Assembly (NCBI GenBank): GCA_958296285.1
Contig: OY282459.1
Coordinates: forward strand, 1,282,762 to 1,346,761
Direction: 5' to 3'
Length of the DNA stretch: 64,000 bases
DNA from: an uncultured Alphaproteobacteria bacterium
GTDB lineage: Bacteria; Pseudomonadota; Alphaproteobacteria; JAPOUT01; G958296285
A program made the translations under genes and the position numbers. The notes under the pieces were generated by a model, which saw only the letters and a list, made by a program, of their open reading frames with translations, searched no databases and was not told the DNA's origin. Every line of letters starts with the position of its first letter. Position 1 is the first letter of the stretch. Below, one piece after another: positions 10,067-17,562 of the stretch.

Positions 10067-10084
10067 AGGTGCTATAGTCGCCCC

Positions 10085-10672
10085 ATGATCCTCCTCATAG
10101 ACAACTACGACTCCTTCACATACAACCTCGTCCATTTCCTCGGCGAACTGGGCGCCAAAACCAACGTCCAACGAAACAACGCCACATCAGCATCAAAAGC
10201 CCTCGCCAAAAAACCCCAAGCCATCATCATCTCCCCAGGACCCAAAACCCCAAACGAAGCAGGAATATCCCTAAATCTCATAAAAACCGCCGCCAAACAC
10301 AATATCCCAACCCTCGGCGTCTGCCTCGGACACCAAACCATCGGACAAGCCTTCGGCGCGAAAATCACCCGCGCCATCCCCACCCACGGCAAAATCAGCG
10401 CCATCAACCACAACAGCAAAGGAGTCTTCCAAAAACTCCCCTCACCCCTCCAAGCCACCCGATACCACTCCCTCATCATAGAAGAAAATACGCTGCCCCA
10501 ATGCCTCGCCATCACCGCGAGAACATCAGACGGAACAATCATGGGAATCCAACATAAAACCCTCAACGCCCACGGAGTCCAATTCCACCCCGAAAGCATT
10601 GAAACCGAACACGGACACAAAATCCTCCAAAACTTCCTCAAACTCGCAGGAATAAAAGGAATAAAAAAATGA
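10085..10672 (+). CDS. trpG: anthranilate synthase component II (glutamine amidotransferase, TrpG/PabA)
   Basis: MILLIDNYDSFTYNLVHFLGELG, GVCLGHQ, GVQFHPES. Start trimmed to the ATG at 10085. Confidence 0.9.
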   Translation: MILLIDNYDSFTYNLVHFLGELGAKTNVQRNNATSASKALAKKPQAIIISPGPKTPNEAGISLNLIKTAAKHNIPTLGVCLGHQTIGQAFGAKITRAIPTHGKISAINHNSKGVFQKLPSPLQATRYHSLIIEENTLPQCLAITARTSDGTIMGIQHKTLNAHGVQFHPESIETEHGHKILQNFLKLAGIKGIKK

Positions 10673-11694
10673 GCGAAAACCTCAAAAAAACCCTCGCGCT
10701 TATCGCGTCAGGCGAAAAACTCGCGCCCGCCCAAGCCGAAACCGCCTTCCAACATCTCATGTCCGGCGAAGCCAAAGACGCCGAAATCGGCGCGCTCCTC
10801 ATGGGACTCCATATGCGCGGCGAAACAACAGACGAAATCGCCGCCGCCGCCAAAATCATGCGCGCCGCCGCCACGCCCGTCCAAGCCCCGAAAAACGCCA
10901 TAGACCTCTGCGGAACAGGCGGCGATATGAAAGGAAGCCTCAATATCTCCACCGCCGCGTCTTTTATAGTCGCCGCCTGCGGCGTCCCGGTGGCGAAGCA
11001 CGGAAACCGCGCGCTCTCGTCTCAGTCAGGCGCGGCGGACGTCCTTTTGGCGCTCGGCGCTGAAACCGCCCTCCCGCCCCAGACCATCGCCCAATGCATC
11101 AAGGAAACGGGCATCGGCTTCCTCTTCGCGCCCTCGCACCACCCCGCCGCGAGACATGTCGCGCCGGCGCGCGCGGCGCTCGGCATCAGGACAATCTTCA
11201 ACCTCCTCGGACCTCTCTGCAATCCCGCCTTCGTCAAACGGCAACTGATCGGAGTCTTCGCGCCCGAATGGCTGACGCCCCTCGCCGAAGTGCTGCGCGA
11301 TTTGGGAAGCGAGCGCGTTTGGATCGTTCATGGCTCGGACGGGATGGACGAAATCACCCTTTCCGGCGAAACCCGCGCCGCCGAACTCAAAAACGGCAAA
11401 GTCCGCCCCTTCACGATCACGCCCGAAGAAGCAGGACTTCCTCGCGCTCCATCGGAGAGTCTCAAAGGCGGGACGCCTCAACAGAACGCGGCGGCTCTGC
11501 GGAGACTGTTGGACAGCGAAAGCGAAAACGGGGCTTATAGAGACGCTGCCGTTCTGAACGCGGCGGCGGCGCTCGTCATCGCGGAGAAGGCAGGAGATTT
11601 GCGCGAAGGCGCGGCGCAAGCCTCCGAATCTCTTTCCAGCGGACGCGCCGCCGACACCTTTCACGCCTTTCGCAATTTCACGAAGAAGCCATGA
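10669..11694 (+). CDS. trpD: anthranilate phosphoribosyltransferase
   Basis: DLCGTGGDMKGSLNISTAASFIVAACGVPVAKHGNRALSS. Confidence 0.95.
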   Translation: MSENLKKTLALIASGEKLAPAQAETAFQHLMSGEAKDAEIGALLMGLHMRGETTDEIAAAAKIMRAAATPVQAPKNAIDLCGTGGDMKGSLNISTAASFIVAACGVPVAKHGNRALSSQSGAADVLLALGAETALPPQTIAQCIKETGIGFLFAPSHHPAARHVAPARAALGIRTIFNLLGPLCNPAFVKRQLIGVFAPEWLTPLAEVLRDLGSERVWIVHGSDGMDEITLSGETRAAELKNGKVRPFTITPEEAGLPRAPSESLKGGTPQQNAAALRRLLDSESENGAYRDAAVLNAAAALVIAEKAGDLREGAAQASESLSSGRAADTFHAFRNFTKKP

Positions 11695-12503
11695 GGCATA
11701 TCCTCCAAACAATCCAAACCCGCAAGCGCGAGGAACTCGCCCGCGCGCGAAAAGACGCCCCCCCATCCGCGTTGGAAGCGCGGACAGGCGAAGCTCCCGC
11801 AATCCGTCTTTTCCGTGAATCTTTGGAAAAGAGGCGCGAGACAAGCCCCGCGATCATCGCCGAGATTAAAAAGGCGAGTCCTTCCAAGGGCGTCATCCGC
11901 GAGGATTTTGACCCCGCCGCTCTCGCGGAAAATTTGGAGAAAGGGGGCGCGGCGTGTTTGTCGGTGCTGACGGATAAGGATTTTTTTCAAGGCGCGGCGG
12001 AGCATCTTGGAGAGGCGAAAGAGGCGACCGCGCTCCCAATCTTGCGCAAAGATTTTCTGATAGACCCCTATCAGGCGCTAGAGAGCCGCGCTTGGGGCGC
12101 GGACGCCGTGTTGTTGATTATGGCTCTGCTGGAGCGCCAGCAAGCCGCCGAGATCGCCGCCGCCGCGAAGGAATGGGAGATGGACGTCCTCGCCGAAGCG
12201 CATGACGAGAAAGAGTTGGAAGAGGCGCTGCGCTTAGAACCCGACATGATCGGCATCAACAATCGGAATCTCAAAACTTTTGAAACCTCGCTGGATGTGT
12301 CTTTGCGTCTTGCGCGAGAGATTCCGCGAGACGCGCTCGCCATCGCCGAGAGCGGCATTGAGAGCCATGACGACATTTTGCGTCTTCAAGAGGCGGGGAT
12401 CCATTGCTTCCTCATCGGCGAAACTTTGATGCGCGCCGATGATCCGGCGCGGAAGATTCGGGAGTTGTTAGGAGAAGAGGATGAAGAAGACAAGCCATCT
12501 TGA
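11691..12503 (+). CDS. trpC: indole-3-glycerol-phosphate synthase
   Basis: IIAEIKKASPSKGVIREDF, LRKDFLIDPYQ, INNRNLKTFE. Confidence 0.95.
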   Translation: MRHILQTIQTRKREELARARKDAPPSALEARTGEAPAIRLFRESLEKRRETSPAIIAEIKKASPSKGVIREDFDPAALAENLEKGGAACLSVLTDKDFFQGAAEHLGEAKEATALPILRKDFLIDPYQALESRAWGADAVLLIMALLERQQAAEIAAAAKEWEMDVLAEAHDEKELEEALRLEPDMIGINNRNLKTFETSLDVSLRLAREIPRDALAIAESGIESHDDILRLQEAGIHCFLIGETLMRADDPARKIRELLGEEDEEDKPS

Positions 12504-12960
12504 CGAGCGCGGGCGGGTCTCTATGGCGGATGTCTCGGCGAAGAAGACGACCGAGCGCCGCGCCGAAGCCGAAGCCGTCATCATTATGCGCCCCGAAACG
12601 CTGCGCGCTCTTTTAGAAGGCGAAGGCAAGAAAGGCGACGCCTTCGCCGCCGCGAGAATCGGCGGCATCATGGCGGCGAAAAAAACCGCCGATCTCATTC
12701 CGCTCTGCCATCCCCTGCCGCTTGATCATATCGCTCTCCGCTTTGAGACAGACGAGAAAAAAGGACGAATCCGCATCGCCGCCGCCGTCAAAACGACAGC
12801 CCGAACAGGCGCGGAGATGGAAGCGCTGACCGCCGCCGCCATCGCCTCCCTGACGCTCTACGACATGGCGAAAAGCGAGGAGAAAGGGATACGGATAGAA
12901 AGTCTGCGTCTTCTTTCCAAAAGCGGCGGCAAATCCAAAGATTTTAACGCCGATGGATAA
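12481..12960 (+). CDS. moaC: cyclic pyranopterin monophosphate synthase
   Basis: MADVSAKKTTERRA and TADLIPLCHPLPLDHI. Confidence 0.9.
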   Translation: MKKTSHLDERGRVSMADVSAKKTTERRAEAEAVIIMRPETLRALLEGEGKKGDAFAAARIGGIMAAKKTADLIPLCHPLPLDHIALRFETDEKKGRIRIAAAVKTTARTGAEMEALTAAAIASLTLYDMAKSEEKGIRIESLRLLSKSGGKSKDFNADG

Positions 12961-14161
12961 TCTCATCTCTGTGGAAGAGGCTCTGCGCCTGATGGAGGCG
13001 GCGGCGCGTCCTCTGCCTAAAACATCCGCGCCATTAAGCGAGGCGGTCGGGCGCGTTTTGGCGAAAGAGATCAAGGCGCGTCTGACGCATCCGCCCTTCG
13101 CCGTCTCGGCGATGGACGGCTTCGCGCTCCATGCCGAAGATGCGCGGACTATCCCGGCGCGTCTGAACCTCATCGGAGAGTCGGCGGCGGGGAAGCCTTA
13201 TCAAGGCGAGGTCTCTCGCGGCGAAGCGGTAAAAATCCAAACAGGCGCGAGCATCCCCTCCCCTCTTGACGCCATCGCGCCCAAAGAGATAACGAAAACC
13301 GAAGGCGAGCATGTCAAGATTCTGAAACCTGTTCTGATCAAGCGGTTCATTCGAGAGGCGGGGCAGGATTTTTCTCGCCGGGAGGTTCTTCTTCCGAAAG
13401 GGCATCTGTTGGACGCGGCGGCGATCGGTCTGGCGGCGGCGGGCGGACATGACGCGCTTATCGTTCCGAGAAAGCCGCGCGTTTCGGTTTTGGCGTCAGG
13501 GAGCGAGCTTGTCGCGGCAGGCGTCTCGCCCAAGCGCGGGCAGATCGTCTCGTCCAACTCTTACGTTTTGACGGCGCTCTTGAATCAGATGAACGCGGAA
13601 GTTGAAGATTTAGGGATTGCGTCCGATTCTCTCGCCGATTTGGAAAGCGCGCTCGCCAAAAGCGCCGCGCCCGATCTTCTGATCACTATAGGGGGCGTTT
13701 CGGTCGGCGAGCATGACCTCATTCTGCCCGCTCTTCGCAAGCGGGGTTTTGAGACAATTCTGCATGGCGTGGCAATGCGTCCGGGAAAACCTTTTCTTTT
13801 CGGACGTTTGGGCAAGGCTTTTGTCATGGGTCTTCCCGGGAATCCTGTCTCGGCGCTTGTCTGCGCGCATCTTTTCATAAGACCTTTCCTGCGCGCGCTC
13901 GGCGGACATGACGCGCCCTATCAAGACAAAAGCGAATCCGCGATCCTTGACAAAAGCATCCCCGCCAATGGCGCGAGGCAGTCTTATCTGCGGGGACGTT
14001 TAAGAAAAGACGGAGACGCGCTTCACGTCCTCCCCTTCGCGCGACAAGACAGCGCGCTCCTTCGGGATATGGCTTATGCAGACGCGCTCATTTCGCGCCC
14101 TCCGTCAAGCCCGTCGGCCGAAGCGGGCGATGAAACTCGGATCTTGCGCCTCGCTTTCTAG
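12953..14161 (+). CDS. moeA: molybdopterin molybdenumtransferase
   Basis: PPFAVSAMDGFAL, SGSELV, ITIGGVSVGEHD, LPGNPVSALV. Confidence 0.9.
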   Translation: MDNLISVEEALRLMEAAARPLPKTSAPLSEAVGRVLAKEIKARLTHPPFAVSAMDGFALHAEDARTIPARLNLIGESAAGKPYQGEVSRGEAVKIQTGASIPSPLDAIAPKEITKTEGEHVKILKPVLIKRFIREAGQDFSRREVLLPKGHLLDAAAIGLAAAGGHDALIVPRKPRVSVLASGSELVAAGVSPKRGQIVSSNSYVLTALLNQMNAEVEDLGIASDSLADLESALAKSAAPDLLITIGGVSVGEHDLILPALRKRGFETILHGVAMRPGKPFLFGRLGKAFVMGLPGNPVSALVCAHLFIRPFLRALGGHDAPYQDKSESAILDKSIPANGARQSYLRGRLRKDGDALHVLPFARQDSALLRDMAYADALISRPPSSPSAEAGDETRILRLAF

Positions 14162-14607
14162 AGCAGCCCCGCCTCCGTCAAAGCCGCGCGCAGCTCTTCG
14201 GGCATATCGTCCGACAAGCCCGCTCTTTCCAAATCGGGGGGCGCGTCTTTCGCTTCCAAATAGCGCCAGCCCTGAAAAGCGCGGCGCGGGAAGGGCTTCG
14301 TCAGAACGAGTTCCAAATCCAAATCCAAAAGACAGCGCTTCACGCCGTCTCGCCCCTTATGCGGACGAATATCCAGAATCCTCTGCCGCGCCGCGATGAC
14401 GCCCCGAAAAACCCAATAAAGAGAGCCGTTCCGCGGCGAGCCGCTCGCCAAAATCTCTTCGCGCCGCTTCGGCGTCATGCGCGTGATGTGGAAGAGTTCG
14501 GGCGACTGCCCTCTCGCTTTTTGAGAGGCGATCTCGTCTCGCTGCCATCGCGCGAGTTCGGCGGGCGACCCCACGCCCACGCACAATTTGACCAAATGCA
14601 GCGTCAT
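14158..14607 (-). CDS. DUF1489 family protein
   Basis: MTLHLVKLCVGVGSPAELARWQ N-terminus typical of DUF1489. Start trimmed from 14667 to the ATG at 14607, which removes the overlap with mgtE. Confidence 0.6.
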   Translation of the reverse strand: MTLHLVKLCVGVGSPAELARWQRDEIASQKARGQSPELFHITRMTPKRREEILASGSPRNGSLYWVFRGVIAARQRILDIRPHKGRDGVKRCLLDLDLELVLTKPFPRRAFQGWRYLEAKDAPPDLERAGLSDDMPEELRAALTEAGLL

Positions 14608-14614
14608 AAAGACC

Positions 14615-15985
14615 TCACAGCAGAAAATACGCCGCCAAGCCCAAAAAGGCGAAAAAGCCGACAACATCCGTGACTGTCGTCAAAAACACGCCGGACGAAA
14701 TGGCGGGATCGGCGCCGATTTTCTCTAATGCCAGAGGGATCAGAATTCCAGCGAGCGCGGCGGTCAGCATATTGACAATCACGGCGGCGAAAAGAACCAT
14801 CCCAAGCGCGAAATTCTTAAACCACGCGCCTCCAATCACCCCCAAAATCACGGCAAGCGATACGCCATTCAGAACTCCCACGCCGATCTCGCGCATGATG
14901 ATCCTGCGCTGATTCGCCGCGACAAGCTCGCGAGTCGCCAGCGCGCGCACGGCGACGGTGAGAGTCTGAATGCCCGCCACGCCTCCCATGGACGCCACGA
15001 TCGGCATCAGAACCGCCAGCGCCACCATTCCGGCGATCGCGTCCTCAAAAAGCGCGATGACGACAGACGCCAAAATCGCCGTCATCAGATTGACGAAGAG
15101 CCATAAAAAGCGTCTGCGCGCCGATTCCAGCACCGTGCCGGAGAGTCTGTCGCGTCCGACTCCGCCGAGCCTCTTGATGTCTTCGCTCGCTTCTTCGGTG
15201 ATGACTTCCACGATGTCGTCCGCCGTGATCATGCCCATCAGCATGCCGTTCTGATCCACGACGGGCGCGCTGACCAGATTATATCGGCGGAAGGCTTCGG
15301 CGACATCTTCGCGGTCTTTATGGGCTTCTATCTTGAGAGGCTCGCCCTGCATCAGGCTGTTCAGAGACTCTTCGCGCTTGGCGCGGACGAGGCGGCTCGT
15401 CAAGACGCTTCCGATGAGTCTCCATGTCGGGCTGACGATATAGATTTCGTAGAAATCCTTCGGGAGTTCGGCGCTTTGGCGCAGATGGTCTATGACGCGT
15501 CCTACGCTCCAGAAGGCGGGGACGGCGACCAGATCGCGCTGCATGAGGCGTCCTGCGCTGTCTATCGGGTAATCCAGTCCGCGCTCAATATCGGAGCGCG
15601 CGCGGAGGGGAACGCGATCTAGGATATTTCTTCGGCGGGTTTCGTCCAGCCCTTCCACGAGGGCGAGCGCGTCATCGGAGGCGATTGTGGCGAGGGCGGG
15701 CGCGAGTTTTTCGGGGGCGAGGAGCGGGAGGATATCGGCGAGGACGCCTTCTTCCAGTTCCGAGAGGATTTCGGGCTTGAGTTCGTCATTGAGGAGGGTG
15801 ATGAGTTTGTGTCGTTCTTCGGGTTTGAGGAGTTCTAGGATTTCGGCGGCGTCTGCGGCGTGGAGTTCGTGGATTTGGTTTTGGAGTTTCGCGCGATGTT
15901 CCGCGGTGATGGCTTCGCGCGTTTCTTGGAGGATATTTGGGACGGGCGTTTCGGTGGGTTCCGTGGTGTGGGGGGGATTAGACAT
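14615..15985 (-). CDS. mgtE: magnesium transporter MgtE
   Basis: N-domain, two CBS-like segments and a C-terminal TM domain (GGVAGIQTLTVAVRALA, DPAISSGVFLTTVTDVVGFF). Confidence 0.9.
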   Translation of the reverse strand: MSNPPHTTEPTETPVPNILQETREAITAEHRAKLQNQIHELHAADAAEILELLKPEERHKLITLLNDELKPEILSELEEGVLADILPLLAPEKLAPALATIASDDALALVEGLDETRRRNILDRVPLRARSDIERGLDYPIDSAGRLMQRDLVAVPAFWSVGRVIDHLRQSAELPKDFYEIYIVSPTWRLIGSVLTSRLVRAKREESLNSLMQGEPLKIEAHKDREDVAEAFRRYNLVSAPVVDQNGMLMGMITADDIVEVITEEASEDIKRLGGVGRDRLSGTVLESARRRFLWLFVNLMTAILASVVIALFEDAIAGMVALAVLMPIVASMGGVAGIQTLTVAVRALATRELVAANQRRIIMREIGVGVLNGVSLAVILGVIGGAWFKNFALGMVLFAAVIVNMLTAALAGILIPLALEKIGADPAISSGVFLTTVTDVVGFFAFLGLAAYFLL

Positions 15986-16033
15986 ACGCCGCGCCTTTTT
16001 TGCTTTTTTGTCTGTGGCGTATATTTAGCCTAT

Positions 16034-16076
16034 GGGGGCTGATTTATAAAAGCCCCCGACTCTTTTGGATCGGGGG
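16034..16076 (-). terminator. Three-arm alternative hairpin (terminator-like) between the DUF1640-like stop and the mgtE start
   Basis: Minus-sense RNA reads cccccga-N10-tcggggg followed by cuuuuau. The same G-tract can instead pair as gggggcu-N10-agccccc. Confidence 0.35.
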
Positions 16077-16096
16077 CGAGTTTGTGAGATTTTGTT

Positions 16097-16426
16097 CTAG
16101 GATGCTAATTTGAGAAGGATTGCGCCTGTCAGAGTGAAATTCGCTATCATGAAGGTGATGGTGACTCCGAACATCCATTTTAGCAGGCGCATGTCGGCTT
16201 GGACTTCTCCGAAGCGTTTTTCCATGTCTATTCTGAGTTCTCCGATCTGCGCGTTCATATCGGCGCGGAGTTCTCCGACCCGTTCTTCCACGTTCCGAAG
16301 CCGTTCTTCTATGTTCCGAAGCCGTTGCTCATCGCGGTTGGCTTCCAGCGCTTCTATAGCGGCGGTGGCTTTGTGATCGCTGACTTTCGCTTCTTTGAGG
16401 GCATCATAGACTGCGACGAGGCTCAT
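16097..16426 (-). CDS. coiled-coil membrane-anchored protein (DUF1640-like)
   Basis: 109 aa with heptad-like repeats (RLRNIEERLRNVEERVGELRADMNAQIGELRIDMEKRFGEVQADMR), then LKWMFGVTITFMIANFTLTGAILL as a C-terminal TM. GC lower than neighbours. Confidence 0.5.
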   Translation of the reverse strand: MSLVAVYDALKEAKVSDHKATAAIEALEANRDEQRLRNIEERLRNVEERVGELRADMNAQIGELRIDMEKRFGEVQADMRLLKWMFGVTITFMIANFTLTGAILLKLAS

Positions 16427-16496
16427 GGTTTATCTCCTTATGGTTGTGTTTTTGTAGCATTTTTGGTTCTTCTGCCGCAATCTTTAGAAGAAAGAA

Positions 16497-16657
16497 AAGG
16501 GGGGTGTGGGGGGTCGGAGACCCCCCGCGAAAAAGGGGGGATCGGGGGGATTCCCCCCCGAAAAGCGCGTGGGTGGGGTGGGGAAAAGAGCATTTGCGAG
16601 CGAAGCGTAAGCGTAGCGAGCAAATGCGACCCCACCCACGCGCCCCCTGCTCGCAGG
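16497..16657. repeat. Mosaic palindromic element, copy B (G/C-tract hairpins plus Z hairpin)
   Basis: 16543-16657 matches the reverse complement of 17289-17410. Z hairpin 16565-16643 has outer arms gcgcgtgggtgggg / ccccacccacgcgc and inner arms gcatttgc / gcaaatgc. Confidence 0.9.
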
Positions 16658-16672
16658 AGCTACTGATTCAGA

Positions 16673-17131
16673 TCAAAGATCGCCAAGCCTGCGCCGAAAC
16701 ACTTCATCAAACTTTTCTAATCTCTCCTTGAACCAAGCATATTGCGCGCATCTGTGGTTCATATTTTCCCAATCAGCTTCCTCTTCCCAGCTTTGGGTAA
16801 TAGATGGGAATCCCCATTGCAGTGGTGGAGGTGTGCCAATTTCCCTCTCAATGGCTTCTTTATCTGCATGCAGTTGGTTAAAACATTCCTTAGCGTAAAG
16901 CATGTCGGTGTCGGGGACAGGAAAACTTTTGCCATAGATAGAAAACCTAACAGCTACCTTGCGCGGCGGCGTCTTATAAAAACACGCCCATATGCGAAAG
17001 CCTGCTCTCCCCATAGAGAATCCTAGAGTGCTGCCAGACGACCGACAACGCCCGCGCCCAATATGTGAGTCAGACGCTCTGAGGCACTTAAGCAAACCTT
17101 GCCAATAGAGGCGGTGTTCTTCTTTAGACAT
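16673..17131 (-). CDS. hypothetical protein, DUF4268-like
   Basis: 152 aa, about 49% GC in a counted 100-nt window. Pattern LYWQGLL ... VRFSIYG ... FNQLHADKEAIEREIG..LQW ... W..FKERLEKF resembles DUF4268 from memory. No search was possible. Confidence 0.45.
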   Translation of the reverse strand: MSKEEHRLYWQGLLKCLRASDSHIGRGRCRSSGSTLGFSMGRAGFRIWACFYKTPPRKVAVRFSIYGKSFPVPDTDMLYAKECFNQLHADKEAIEREIGTPPPLQWGFPSITQSWEEEADWENMNHRCAQYAWFKERLEKFDEVFRRRLGDL

Positions 17132-17149
17132 TTGTCATTTCCGCAAAAA

Positions 17150-17236
17150 TGGTGCGGTCGAGAAGACTCGAACTTCCACGGGGTTGCCCCCACAGCGCCC
17201 TCAACGCTGCGCGTCTACCTATTCCGCCACGACCGC
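17150..17236 (-). tRNA. tRNA-Leu (anticodon GAG), CCA encoded
   Basis: Reverse complement GCGGTCGTGGCGGAATAGGTAGACGCGCAGCGTTGAGGGCGCTGTGGGGGCAACCCCGTGGAAGTTCGAGTCTTCTCGACCGCACCA. 7-bp acceptor stem, anticodon loop TTGAGGG, long variable arm, GTTCGAGTC T-loop. Confidence 0.9.
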
Positions 17237-17288
17237 ATCCAAAACACAATTAGCAGAAATTAACCAACCCCTCAACCTCGCTAGAAAT

Positions 17289-17562
17289 CTTGCGAACAGG
17301 GGGCGCGTGGGTGGGGTCGCATTTGCTCGCTCGCTACGCCACGAGTGGCTTCTCTTCGCTCGCAAATGCTTTTTTCCCCACCCCACCCACGCGCTTTCGG
17401 GGGGATTCCCCCGAACCCCCTTTCTCAAGGGGGGCTAGCCCCCCTTGACCCCCCTTCACCTCAAGCTTCTATGAATTAGTTCCCCCTGGGGCAAACCCAA
17501 AATGCCTCTCTATGAAAAAAATGCCCGCGGCGGCTCGCCGCCCCCCCTTAACGGGAGCCTCC
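17289..17562. repeat. Mosaic palindromic element, copy C (modules Z, X, Y in inverted order)
   Basis: Z 17303-17394, X 17395-17454 (G6-CTAG-C6 at 17429-17444), Y 17449-17562. Y overlaps the last 4 codons and the stop of cysH. Confidence 0.9.

Noticed and set aside
9773-10075. G/C-tract repeats considered as a CRISPR array, or as coding sequence (ORFs 9835-10035, 9926-10171, 16438-16635, 17219-17428 with recurring GGIPP-like peptides).
   Set aside because: There is no regular repeat-spacer periodicity and no cas genes. The recurring peptides are just translations of the same palindromic DNA in either orientation, with no start context or length conservation.
9700-10100. The G-rich to C-rich switch interpreted as the chromosomal replication terminus (dif region).
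   Set aside because: Two identical flips occur only about 7 kb apart, and each returns to baseline within about 1 kb. A replichore-scale skew would persist. I recognised no dif-like XerCD site.
10085-10672. trpG considered as horizontally acquired because of its odd composition.
   Set aside because: G+C content is similar to that of its neighbours and trpE-trpGDC synteny is intact. The anomaly is a strand skew, mirrored on the other side of the repeat, and it extends into trpD.
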